Source: a virus
Lineage: Duplodnaviria > Caudoviricetes
Strand: one strand, 5' to 3'
IMG/VR virus record: IMGVR_UViG_3300027804_000038
Coordinates: 96,001 to 160,000 of that record
DNA length: 64,000 bases
The notes under the pieces are model-generated. The model ran no database searches and was not told the origin of the DNA. It saw only the letters and a list, made by a program, of their open reading frames with translations. Position numbers and translations under genes: made by a program. Positions 9,240 to 18,920 of the stretch are shown in pieces; the first letter of the stretch is position 1, and every line of letters begins with the position of its first letter.

Positions 9240-10484
9240 ATGAAAATTTATATTCAAATTGCGTCATATCGTGACCCACAATTATTACCAACAATCGAAT
9301 CCGCATTAAAAAATGCAAAATTTCCTGAAAATTTAGTTTTTGGTATTGCCAGACAATATTCGGATGAGGATAAATTTGATAGGTTAGATGATTATTACAA
9401 AGATGATAGATTTAGAATAATTGATATACCTTATACTGAGTCAAAAGGAGCTTGTTGGGCTAGAAATAAAATACAACAATATTATAGCGGTGAAACCTAT
9501 ACATTACAAATTGATTCTCATATGAGATTTGCTGAAAATTGGGATTATGAGATGATTGAAATGGTAAAAGATTTACAATTAAAAGGATATAAAAAACCAT
9601 TATTAACGGGTTATGTTTCATCTTTTGACCCTGACAATGACCCCCAACTAAGGATACAAGAACCATGGAGAATGGTTTTTGATAGATTTATACCTGAAGG
9701 AGCAGTTTTCTTTTTACCTGAAACAATCCCAAATTGGAGAGATTTGAGTGGTCCTGTCCCATCAAGATTTTACTCCGCACATTTTTGTTTTACGGTTGGT
9801 GAATTCGCTAAAGAAGTCCAACATGACCCAGAATTTTATTTTCACGGTGAAGAAATTTCAATAGCCGCAAGAGCATATACACATGGTTACGATTTGTTTC
9901 ATCCTCATAAAGTTTTAATTTGGCACGAATACACTCGTAAGGGTAGAACAAAACAATGGGATGATGATAAAAATTGGGTTGAAAAAAATAATTTTTGTCA
10001 TAAGAAAAATCGTTCCCTTTTTGGAATGGACAATGAATCAGAAATGGACTTTGGTAAATACGGTTTTGGAACTGAAAGGTCACTAAGGGAATATGAAAAA
10101 TACTCAGGACTACTATTCTCAAAAAGAGCGGTTCAACAATATACAATAGACAAACACTATCCTCCAAATCCTTATAATTTTAATGATGAAGAAGAATGGA
10201 TGAACTCATTCTCAACAATATTTAAACATTGTATTGATGTATCATATAATCAAGTACCTGAAGACGATTACGATTTTTGGGTTGTTGCTTTTCACGATGA
10301 AAATGACGATACAATACATAGACAAGATATTGATGGAGAAGGCATTAAAATGTTAAAAAATGACCCTGATGGTTATTGTAAAATTTGGAGACAATTTAAT
10401 ACCGATAAAAAACCAAAGTATTGGGTTGTTTGGCCACACTCAATATCTAAAGGATGGTGTGATAGAATAACAGGTAATTTATAA
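9240..10484 (+). CDS. GT60-like polypeptide/hydroxyproline GlcNAc-transferase
   Basis: N-terminal IQIASYRD, GACWARN, LQIDSHMRF (DxH), YSAHFCF, FHGEE and WHEY are hallmarks of the Skp1 Gnt1/GT60 family. Confidence 0.8.
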   Translation: MKIYIQIASYRDPQLLPTIESALKNAKFPENLVFGIARQYSDEDKFDRLDDYYKDDRFRIIDIPYTESKGACWARNKIQQYYSGETYTLQIDSHMRFAENWDYEMIEMVKDLQLKGYKKPLLTGYVSSFDPDNDPQLRIQEPWRMVFDRFIPEGAVFFLPETIPNWRDLSGPVPSRFYSAHFCFTVGEFAKEVQHDPEFYFHGEEISIAARAYTHGYDLFHPHKVLIWHEYTRKGRTKQWDDDKNWVEKNNFCHKKNRSLFGMDNESEMDFGKYGFGTERSLREYEKYSGLLFSKRAVQQYTIDKHYPPNPYNFNDEEEWMNSFSTIFKHCIDVSYNQVPEDDYDFWVVAFHDENDDTIHRQDIDGEGIKMLKNDPDGYCKIWRQFNTDKKPKYWVVWPHSISKGWCDRITGNL

Positions 10485-10488
10485 TATT

Positions 10489-11199
10489 ATGGAATTTTGT
10501 TTTGCAACCTTTTGTTTTGGTGAAAGATACTATAATCAAGTAAATAGGTTTATTGAGGATATTGAAAAATCTGATTTTAAACCAACCTTGGTTGTTGTTA
10601 CTGACAACCCAAATAAAATTTTAAAATATGATTTTGTTAAAGTTTTTAACATTTTAGAATTTAATTCAGATTATTCAGATTATGCTAAAAATTACTACGA
10701 TTTTGATTTTTCAGTTAAAAGATATTCTGTAAGAGCTTCTTTTAATTTGGGGTATACAAATATTATTTTAGTAGATGCGGATATGAGAGTTAATTATAAT
10801 CTATTTAATATGGATACAATATATAGTTCATTTACTATAAATTCAATATTAGGTCCTGTAACTTATAATTTTACAGAACAGATTAAAACAAATAGTGAAC
10901 TTGGGGTCCGTTTTATGGAATATGAAAAATATTTTAACATAAATGTAGATAAATCTAATTTGGATTTTATGCCAGAGGATTGTGTCCAATATATAAGTTT
11001 AGATTATGAAAAATACAAACACTTTTTAGATACATGGGATAAGTGTATTGAATATAAGAAAAATAAACCTTTAAGGAATATACCCGCAGGAAACATAGAC
11101 GAAATGTGTTTTTCCGCACTAATTAATGGTATATCTGTAGGTAATAATTCAAGTAAATCTTTAAATATTGTTTATGCAGAACATGACAAATGGTACTAA
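10489..11199 (+). CDS. Putative GT-A nucleotide-sugar transferase
   Basis: VVVTDNP, FDFSVKRY, IILVDADM (DxD); lies in a glycosyltransferase operon. Confidence 0.55.
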   Translation: MEFCFATFCFGERYYNQVNRFIEDIEKSDFKPTLVVVTDNPNKILKYDFVKVFNILEFNSDYSDYAKNYYDFDFSVKRYSVRASFNLGYTNIILVDADMRVNYNLFNMDTIYSSFTINSILGPVTYNFTEQIKTNSELGVRFMEYEKYFNINVDKSNLDFMPEDCVQYISLDYEKYKHFLDTWDKCIEYKKNKPLRNIPAGNIDEMCFSALINGISVGNNSSKSLNIVYAEHDKWY

Positions 11200-12037
11200 A
11201 ATAGTTTCTTCAATATACGAATTGAATTATGTCCAACAAAGAAATGGGGAAAGATATAAAAATTTTCCACTACTTGTTGCAACAATTAAAAATTTAATTT
11301 TTCCTGAATATAACTATGTAATATATACTGATAAAAATTCATATGATAAGTTTAATTTAAAAGACGAATTTAATTACTCAAACGTAGAATTTAAATTTAA
11401 AGAATTGAACACTTCTGAAACTTGTGAATTAATTGATAAAATCAGAACTGAAGAATTATCAGGTGGGATGAATTATGATAGAATTTATTGCGTAAACAAT
11501 TATTTGGAAGTCGTTATAAACAAACTAAAATTTTTAATTGACGAATCATTTGATTGTGAATCTATTTTTTGGATTGATGCGGGTTTAATAGGTACATCAT
11601 GTCATGATGGATGGAGAGATTACATGGCACCTTTAATCAATTCTAAAAATTTTTTAGACAAAACGGTTGATAAAATCAATAAACATGGTTTCATTCATTT
11701 AAAGGGTAATTCAATTGTGATGAATTATGAAATGAAAGATAGATTTAGAGATTTATTTGGTGTAGAGTTGGATGTAGTTCCAGGTTGTTTATTTGGGGGT
11801 AAATCTGAAAAGGTTAGAAATATTTTAGATGGTTATTTAGATATTTTTGTAAGTTATTTAAAAACACATAACCAATTAATTAGTGAACAAGAAGTACTAA
11901 CCGTACTAACTCAAATTAAAAAGGAAGAATGTTATGCTTTTGAATTTGACGATTGGTTAGACTTACAAAAGTCTTTTTTGAAAATCTTAGACATTTATGA
12001 TGAATCAAAATATGTAAGGGAAAAATGTTATGTTTAA
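11168..12037 (+). CDS. HtrL/YibB-like protein (putative glycan-modifying GT-A fold)
   Basis: IFWIDAGL, PGCLFGG and SEQEVLT motifs, shared with ORF 12590. Confidence 0.55.
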   Translation: MFMQNMTNGTKIVSSIYELNYVQQRNGERYKNFPLLVATIKNLIFPEYNYVIYTDKNSYDKFNLKDEFNYSNVEFKFKELNTSETCELIDKIRTEELSGGMNYDRIYCVNNYLEVVINKLKFLIDESFDCESIFWIDAGLIGTSCHDGWRDYMAPLINSKNFLDKTVDKINKHGFIHLKGNSIVMNYEMKDRFRDLFGVELDVVPGCLFGGKSEKVRNILDGYLDIFVSYLKTHNQLISEQEVLTVLTQIKKEECYAFEFDDWLDLQKSFLKILDIYDESKYVREKCYV

Positions 12038-12593
12038 AATAAACATTGTGTGTACAACAATTGGAAGAATCACCTTACCTAGATTAATAGAATCTTTTAA
12101 GAATCAATTAAGTGAGGATGATATTTTTACTATAATTTCAGATACAAATCATTCGTATGTTGGGGAAATATTAAAATTATTTGATTTTAAGTTTAAAGTT
12201 AATCATATTATTAATGAAGGTGAAAGAATGTGGAAATACGGACACCCTTTAATTAACAAATACATTAATGAGTTGGAGGGTGATTTTATCATGTTTGCAG
12301 ATGATGACGATAGATACACTGAGAACGCTTTTAAAGTCATAAAAGAAACCATCAAAGATAAAAATACTTTATATATTTTTAAACACAATTGGTTGGGGGA
12401 TATTAATTGGAAACTTAAAGATTTTACAAGAGGTAATGTTGGTAAATGTATGGGGGTAATACCAAATACCCGTAATTTACCTAAGTTCCAAGAGGATGTT
12501 TTTGGAGATGTTATTTTTTATGAAGAAATAAGTAAAATGTTTAAAAGTGAATTTATTGATTATATAATTTATAAAGTTAGAGATACTGAATGA
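12030..12593 (+). CDS. GT2-family glycosyltransferase
   Basis: IVCTTIGR, FTIISD, FIMFADDDDRY, GDVIFY. Confidence 0.75.
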   Translation: MFKINIVCTTIGRITLPRLIESFKNQLSEDDIFTIISDTNHSYVGEILKLFDFKFKVNHIINEGERMWKYGHPLINKYINELEGDFIMFADDDDRYTENAFKVIKETIKDKNTLYIFKHNWLGDINWKLKDFTRGNVGKCMGVIPNTRNLPKFQEDVFGDVIFYEEISKMFKSEFIDYIIYKVRDTE

Positions 12594-14257
12594 AAAATAT
12601 TACTCTTGTTACAGGTCTTTGGGATATTGGTAGAGAAAATTTATCCGAGGGTTGGTCTAGACCATTTTCACATTATTTAGAAAAATTTGAACAGCTTTTA
12701 AAAGTTGAAAACAATTTAATAATTTTTGGTGAAGAAAATATTGAAGAATTTATTTGGGAAAGAAGAGAGTCTCATAATACACAGTTTATAAAAAGAGATA
12801 AACAATGGTTCATTGATAATGAATTTTTTGGAAAAATACAAAAAATAAGAAATAACCCTGACTGGTATAATCAATCTACGTGGTTAAGAGACTCAACCCA
12901 AGGAAAATTAGAGATGTATAATCCTTTAGTTATGTCTAAAATGTTTTTATTAAATGACGCTAGAATTTTAGATAAATTTGATTCCGATTTAATGTTTTGG
13001 ATTGATGCTGGATTAACAAATACTGTACATTATGGTTATTTTACTCACGATAAAGTTTTAGATAATCTACCAAAATACATTACTAAATTTTCATTTGTAT
13101 GTTTTCCATATGATGCAAATAATGAAATACATGGATTCTCATACCCAAAAATAAATGATTGGGCTGAGAATGATGTTAAAAAAGTTGCGAGGGGTGGATT
13201 TTTTGGAGGACCAAAAGATAGTATCTCAGAGGTTAATTCAATATATTATTCTTTATTAAATGACACATTAGTTAACGATTATATGGGTACGGAAGAATCA
13301 ATATTTTCAATAATGGTCTATAAAAATTCAGAAATTATAAATTATTTTGAAATAGAGTATAATGGACTATTAAGTAAATTTTTTGAAGATTTAAAAAACG
13401 ATAAATTAATAGTTAAATCTGAAAAAAAATTATCTGTTAATTTTGATATTGAAAAAACCGCATTATATGTCATAACATTTAACAGTCCTAATCAATTTGA
13501 GACTTTAATTAACTCAATGATGGAATATGATTCTGATTTTATTCACAAACCAAAAAAATTTTTATTAGATAATTCAACTGATTTGTCTACAACTGAAAGG
13601 TACTTAGAGATATGTAAAGAATACGATTTTGAACATATTAAAAAAGATAACATTGGGATTACTGGAGGTAGACAATTTATAGCTGAACATTTTTATAATA
13701 CTGAGTTAGATTATATGTTTTTCTTTGAGGATGATATGTTTTTTTATTCTAAAAAAGGTGAGGTATGTAAAAATGGGTTTAATCGGTACACAGATTCTTT
13801 ATATCAAAAAAGTTTAGAAATAATTAATAAAGAAAATTTTGATTTTATAAAATTAAACTTTACTGAATTTTATGGGGATAACAGTACACAGTGGAGTTGG
13901 TATAATGTCCCTCAAAATTTTAGAGAGTCTCATTGGCCAAAAAATAAAAAATTACCTAAAATGGGATTGGACCCAAATGCCCCAAGAACAAAATTTAATG
14001 AAATAAAATCTCATAAAGGGGTTCCATACGCATCAGGAGAAGTTTATCTATGTAATTGGCCCATATTACTATCAAAACAGGGAAACTATAAATGTTATAT
14101 TGAAACAAAATATGAACATCCTTTTGAACAAACATTAATGTCCCACAATTTCCAAGAAACTATTAAAGGAAATTTAAAACCTGGAATATTATTAATGACC
14201 CCTACCGAACATAATCGATTTGACCATTATGATTCTTCTTTAAGAAAAGAGTGTTAA
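12590..14257 (+). CDS. HtrL/YibB-like domain fused to a GT2-like domain
   Basis: N-terminal ITLVTGLWDIGR, FWIDAGL, GGFFGG, GTEESIFS; C-terminal VITFNSP, LLDNS, YMFFFEDDM. Confidence 0.65.
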   Translation: MKNITLVTGLWDIGRENLSEGWSRPFSHYLEKFEQLLKVENNLIIFGEENIEEFIWERRESHNTQFIKRDKQWFIDNEFFGKIQKIRNNPDWYNQSTWLRDSTQGKLEMYNPLVMSKMFLLNDARILDKFDSDLMFWIDAGLTNTVHYGYFTHDKVLDNLPKYITKFSFVCFPYDANNEIHGFSYPKINDWAENDVKKVARGGFFGGPKDSISEVNSIYYSLLNDTLVNDYMGTEESIFSIMVYKNSEIINYFEIEYNGLLSKFFEDLKNDKLIVKSEKKLSVNFDIEKTALYVITFNSPNQFETLINSMMEYDSDFIHKPKKFLLDNSTDLSTTERYLEICKEYDFEHIKKDNIGITGGRQFIAEHFYNTELDYMFFFEDDMFFYSKKGEVCKNGFNRYTDSLYQKSLEIINKENFDFIKLNFTEFYGDNSTQWSWYNVPQNFRESHWPKNKKLPKMGLDPNAPRTKFNEIKSHKGVPYASGEVYLCNWPILLSKQGNYKCYIETKYEHPFEQTLMSHNFQETIKGNLKPGILLMTPTEHNRFDHYDSSLRKEC

Positions 14258-14274
14258 TTCTATATTTATGTAAT

Positions 14275-14655
14275 ATGGAATTTTTCATAAAACAAGGTGC
14301 GACTTTACCGTTATTAAAAATGCAATTCTTTGAGGATGGAAAATCCTCTATGGATGATTTTAATTCTTTGGTTGAAAATTCAGCTATTTATTTTTCGATG
14401 AAAAATGCTGAGACGGGAGTATATAAATTTTTAAATAAACCTGCGGGTATTACAACGAAGACATTTATTGAACCTAATGCCAAGGTAGAATATTATATTT
14501 ACTATAAATTTTCTTCTTCAGATACTAATAAAGTTGGTAGATATGAAGGGGAATTTTTAATAGTGTCTGATGATGGTACTGCAATTCTACCAATTACTGA
14601 AAAATTATACATAAACATTGGAGAAAAATTTGTAATTAATGGACTTTTATATTAA
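14275..14655 (+). CDS. BppU-N-like small structural/adaptor protein (start reassigned from 14251 to 14275)
   Basis: MEFFIKQGATLP...YYKFSSSDTNKVGRYEGEF...ILP pattern; TATTTAT at 14263-14269 just upstream. Confidence 0.5.
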   Translation: MEFFIKQGATLPLLKMQFFEDGKSSMDDFNSLVENSAIYFSMKNAETGVYKFLNKPAGITTKTFIEPNAKVEYYIYYKFSSSDTNKVGRYEGEFLIVSDDGTAILPITEKLYINIGEKFVINGLLY

Positions 14656-15571
14656 AAAAGGAGCTTCATTACCGATATTAAAAGTCGAGATGTGTTTAGA
14701 TGGTAGAAGTGACTATCACCTTAACTCTTATATTAACAGTGAGTTACCTGTTTATTTATCATTAATTAACGAATCAAATGGTACTATTTTGTTCGCCTCA
14801 AAAGAGTGTTTTGTAACTTCTGAATTTTCTTCGTTTGAAAATAAAATGTTGTATTATATTAATTACCAATTTACTAGAAAGGAAACTAATGAAATAGGTA
14901 AATTTACAACTCAATTTTCTATATCAAGTGATAATGGTGTAGTATTACTTCCATTAAAAGAGAAGATATATGTAAACATAATTGACTCATTTTCTGTTAA
15001 TGATTTTGGAAGTCAATCAAAATATATCGTAGACTTACCATGTTGCAATCCCCCAAATCCAACACCAACCCCGACACAGACCCCAACACCTACTCAAACT
15101 CAAACACCGACACAAACTAACACTCAAACACCTACACAGACGCAAACACCTACACAAACACAAACGCAAACGCCTACACAAACCCAAACACCTACGCAGA
15201 CTAGTTCGCAGACCCCAACTCCAACATTAACCCCAACCCAAACAAATACCCCAACACCGTCAAATAGTAATTTTATTTATTCTTTTACATCAAATTCTTC
15301 AATAAATACTTTAAGGATTGACGATGTAACTTTAGGTTACTCAATTATTGTAACTACAAATACTACTTCTAATTTTATATTACCTAGTGGAAATACATAT
15401 AGAGTTAGGTTAATCTTTACCCCTGGTGGAGGTTCATCCGCAACTTTAAGATTGACTAAAAATGGAGTTGCAATATTCGATAGTACAATTCTATCACCAG
15501 GCACTCTGGATACGGGTAATTTAGTCGCAACAAATGCTCAATACATTTGTACCGCAACGATTCCAAAATAG
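14639..15571 (+). CDS. BppU-N-like paralogue plus mucin-like Thr/Pro/Gln linker plus C-terminal beta domain
   Basis: N-terminus MDFYIKKGASLPILK parallels ORF 14275; 67-aa TPTQ repeat; beta-rich C-terminus. Confidence 0.55.
   Translation: MDFYIKKGASLPILKVEMCLDGRSDYHLNSYINSELPVYLSLINESNGTILFASKECFVTSEFSSFENKMLYYINYQFTRKETNEIGKFTTQFSISSDNGVVLLPLKEKIYVNIIDSFSVNDFGSQSKYIVDLPCCNPPNPTPTPTQTPTPTQTQTPTQTNTQTPTQTQTPTQTQTQTPTQTQTPTQTSSQTPTPTLTPTQTNTPTPSNSNFIYSFTSNSSINTLRIDDVTLGYSIIVTTNTTSNFILPSGNTYRVRLIFTPGGGSSATLRLTKNGVAIFDSTILSPGTLDTGNLVATNAQYICTATIPK
15059..15259 (+). repeat. Coding tandem repeat (TPTQTQ)n, 67 aa
   Basis: Roughly every second codon is Thr; synonymous positions vary (ACA/ACC/ACT/ACG). 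Confidence 0.95.
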
Positions 15572-15600
15572 TTGACTTAAACATTTTTATTTGATATTTT
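15572..15600 (+). promoter_or_regulatory. Sigma70-like promoter for DNA polymerase
   Basis: TTGACT (15572-15577), N17, TATTTT (15595-15600), with TG at the extended -10 position. Confidence 0.55.
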
Positions 15601-15656
15601 TTAAAAAAGGTAAATTTCGACCTATAATTCGAAAGCAAATACACCAAATTTATTAA

Positions 15657-18584
15657 ATGATATCAAACGAAGAAATTGAAAATTTCCTTCAAGGAAATGA
15701 CGAAGAAAAATATATCGTCGCAATAGAATACGATTATGTAAAAGATTGTATTTGGAAAATTATTGAGCACCCAATTCACGGAAAACAAATTAAAAAAGAT
15801 ACGTTCATTCCATTCGCATGGGTTGGTGATTTACGTGGGTTAAACTTTTATCAATCCTCCAAGGCATTACAAAAAGAGGCAATGACTAAACATAAAATTG
15901 TCATTGAAAAATTAAGAACAGATGGTAACGATAGGCTTGAGAGAGGTTTAACTTTTATGGTTAAATCTTTAAACGGTTATCGTTCGCTAATACAGTTTTT
16001 TAGAGAGGGCGGTGTTGACCCGTGGGGTGAAAAAACTAAAAGTTTAGTTTTGATTTTACCCCCTGTTGAGCAATATTTGGTCGTAAAAGAAAAAAGATTA
16101 TTTAAAGGATTTGACGATTACGATAGTATTACTAGATTTGTATTCGACTTAGAGACAACTTCATTAGAACCAAAAGATGGACGTATCTTTATGATTGGTA
16201 TGAAAACAAATAAAGGTTTTCGTGAGGTAATAGAATGTGCAACAGAGGAACAAGAAAGAGAAGGTATAATTAAATTCTTCAATAGAATTGATGAATTAAA
16301 ACCAAGTATAATTGCATCTTATAATGGTTTTAACTTCGACTGGTTTTGGATATTTGAAAGGGCAAAATGTTTAAATCTTGATATTAAAAAAATTGCAAAA
16401 ACTTTAAATCCGTCAAACCAAATAAAACAATCTGAAAGTTTATTGAAATTGGCGAATGAGGTTGAGAGGTTTAACCAAACATCAATGTGGGGGTATAATG
16501 TTGTCGACACATTACATGCGGTAAGAAGAGCTCAGGCAATTAATTCAAGTATTAAATCTGCAGGTTTGAAGTATATCACTCAATATATTAAGGCTGAAGC
16601 TCCTGACCGAGTCTATATTGACCATACAGACATAGGCTCAATGTATTCCAAAAAAGAAGAATATTGGTTAAACATTCAGAATGGGAAATATAAAAAAGTA
16701 GGGTTAGACCAATCAATTGACGAATCATGCTCAAAGCACCCAAATGTTTATATTAAAACAACTGGTGATGATTTGGTTGAACGATATCTTGATGATGACT
16801 TGGAAGAAACATTAAAGGTAGATGAGGAATTCAACCAAGGCTCTTTTCTACTCGCGTCATTAGTTCCAACAACATATGAAAGGGTTTCCACTATGGGAAC
16901 CGCAACATTATGGGAAATTCAAATGAGAGCATGGTCATATAAACATAAACTAGCGATTCCTGCAAAGAATGAAAAAACAGATTTTGTAGGTGGATTATCC
17001 AGATTATTAAAAGTAGGATACTCAACTGATGTATTGAAACTTGACTTCTCGTCACTTTATCCTTCAATACAACTTGTTCACGATGTATTCCCAACCTGTG
17101 ATATTACAGGAGCGATGAAAGGAATGTTAAATTATTTTCGTAACACCCGTATTAAGTATAAAAACTTGGCTAAAGAATATTCCGAAATAGACACTAAAAA
17201 ATCTACATCATACGATAGAAAACAATTACCGATTAAGATTTTTATTAACTCGATGTTTGGAGCTCTATCAGCTCCCCAAGTATATCACTGGGGAGATATG
17301 TATATGGGTGAACAGATTACTTGTACAGGACGACAATATCTTCGTCAGATGTTACGATTCTTTATGAAACGAGGATATACCCCACTTGTATGTGATACGG
17401 ATGGTATGAACTTCTCATTACCCGAAGGTGGTGTAGACGATAGAGTGTATATCGGTAAGGGGAAAAATTGGTTAGTTAAGGAAGGTAAGGAATATAAAGG
17501 GTACGACGCAGATGTTGCCGAGTTTAATGATATGTTCATGAAAGGAGCAATGGGTCTTGACTGTGATGGTACTTGGAAATCTTGTATGAACATTGCTCGT
17601 AAGAACTATGCAACAATGGAACATAATGGTAAAATTAAACTTACAGGTAACTCAATTAAGAGTAAAAAACTTCCTCTTTATATTGAGGATTTTTTGGACA
17701 AAGGAATCAAGATGTTACTTGAAGGGAATGGACAGGACTTTGTTGAGTGGTATTATGAATACTTAGAAAAAATCTATAATAGACAGATTCCTTTAATGAA
17801 AATTGCCCAAAGAGCAAAGGTTAAATTGTCAATTGAAGATTACAAAAAACGTTCAAAAGAAAAAACCAAAGCAGGTAATGAAATGTCTCGTATGGCACAC
17901 ATGGAGCTTGCAATAAGAGATGGTATTGCGGTGAGTTTAGGTGATGTAATATTCTATGTTAATAATGGGGTTAAGGCGTCTCACGGGGATGTTCAGAAAG
18001 TAAATAAACCAAAAAAAGGATGGTCTCAAGAACAATTAGATATATTTTTCAAAACCAATGAAGATAGAAAAGAAAAGGTAAAATTTTTACAAAAAAATGG
18101 ATGGGAACAATCTTGGGGTGATGATAACTGGGTTCGTAGTAATGCGACAAACAAAGAAGCAAATACGGGAATTCCAACAGAACAGGCATATCAAATAGCA
18201 ATTTCAGATATGGTCGGTTCAGTAGTTCAACTTAATTGTTATAGATTGAATCAGTCTGAGTTAGAGTCAAACCCTGATATGTTAGGTGATTATAATGTCC
18301 CAAGAGCAATTGTTACTTTTAATAAAAGAATTGAACCATTATTAATTGTTTTTGGTGAAGAAGTAAGAAATAATTTGATTGTTGATAAACCTGAAGATAG
18401 AGGTGTGTTCACAAAAGAACAATGTAAATTAATTAATGGTGTTCCATTTGAACCTGCAGACCAAGATAGTATTGAAGATTTATTAACAATAACAGAACAA
18501 GAAAAAGTTTATTGGGATAAACGAGGTATTAATCCTGAATATATATATGAACTTGCTGAAGAAGGGTGGGAAGAAATGGTGTAA
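15657..18584 (+). CDS. polB: Family B DNA polymerase (gp43-like)
   Basis: Exo FDLET, YNGFNFD; motif A DFSSLYPS; motif B KIFINSMFG; motif C DTDG; KNYA. Confidence 0.95.
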   Translation: MISNEEIENFLQGNDEEKYIVAIEYDYVKDCIWKIIEHPIHGKQIKKDTFIPFAWVGDLRGLNFYQSSKALQKEAMTKHKIVIEKLRTDGNDRLERGLTFMVKSLNGYRSLIQFFREGGVDPWGEKTKSLVLILPPVEQYLVVKEKRLFKGFDDYDSITRFVFDLETTSLEPKDGRIFMIGMKTNKGFREVIECATEEQEREGIIKFFNRIDELKPSIIASYNGFNFDWFWIFERAKCLNLDIKKIAKTLNPSNQIKQSESLLKLANEVERFNQTSMWGYNVVDTLHAVRRAQAINSSIKSAGLKYITQYIKAEAPDRVYIDHTDIGSMYSKKEEYWLNIQNGKYKKVGLDQSIDESCSKHPNVYIKTTGDDLVERYLDDDLEETLKVDEEFNQGSFLLASLVPTTYERVSTMGTATLWEIQMRAWSYKHKLAIPAKNEKTDFVGGLSRLLKVGYSTDVLKLDFSSLYPSIQLVHDVFPTCDITGAMKGMLNYFRNTRIKYKNLAKEYSEIDTKKSTSYDRKQLPIKIFINSMFGALSAPQVYHWGDMYMGEQITCTGRQYLRQMLRFFMKRGYTPLVCDTDGMNFSLPEGGVDDRVYIGKGKNWLVKEGKEYKGYDADVAEFNDMFMKGAMGLDCDGTWKSCMNIARKNYATMEHNGKIKLTGNSIKSKKLPLYIEDFLDKGIKMLLEGNGQDFVEWYYEYLEKIYNRQIPLMKIAQRAKVKLSIEDYKKRSKEKTKAGNEMSRMAHMELAIRDGIAVSLGDVIFYVNNGVKASHGDVQKVNKPKKGWSQEQLDIFFKTNEDRKEKVKFLQKNGWEQSWGDDNWVRSNATNKEANTGIPTEQAYQIAISDMVGSVVQLNCYRLNQSELESNPDMLGDYNVPRAIVTFNKRIEPLLIVFGEEVRNNLIVDKPEDRGVFTKEQCKLINGVPFEPADQDSIEDLLTITEQEKVYWDKRGINPEYIYELAEEGWEEMV

Positions 18585-18920
18585 TTATTCTGACTTAATT
18601 CCGTCAGAAGAGACTATATACCAATTTCCAAATGAGAAGTAAATTTCAATACATGCGCCTTTTTTAATATTTACTTCAGAATATTCTTCATCAATTAAAC
18701 CAACTAATGGAGATATTTTAGTATTTGTTAATGATTTTATTGTAACATGGTCAGTTTTAGAAGAATCTAAAATTATTTGACAGTTCTCAACATCCTTAAC
18801 AATTATTAGAGATTCTCCATTTGTTGTGTATAATTGTTCAGAAACAAATGATATTTCCGAAGTCTCAATTAAAACACCTCCAATTATTCTTTGACTCGGT
18901 ATTGATTTTTGTACTGGCAT
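18585..18920 (-). CDS. Hypothetical beta-rich protein, probably virion-associated
   Basis: 111 aa, coupled to the neck gene, ends in GNWYIV. Confidence 0.55.
   Translation of the reverse strand: MPVQKSIPSQRIIGGVLIETSEISFVSEQLYTTNGESLIIVKDVENCQIILDSSKTDHVTIKSLTNTKISPLVGLIDEEYSEVNIKKGACIEIYFSFGNWYIVSSDGIKSE

Noticed and set aside
15059-15259. TP repeat as a CRISPR-like array, VNTR or DGR target
   Set aside because: It is an in-frame coding repeat with diverged synonymous sites, no spacers and no reverse transcriptase nearby.
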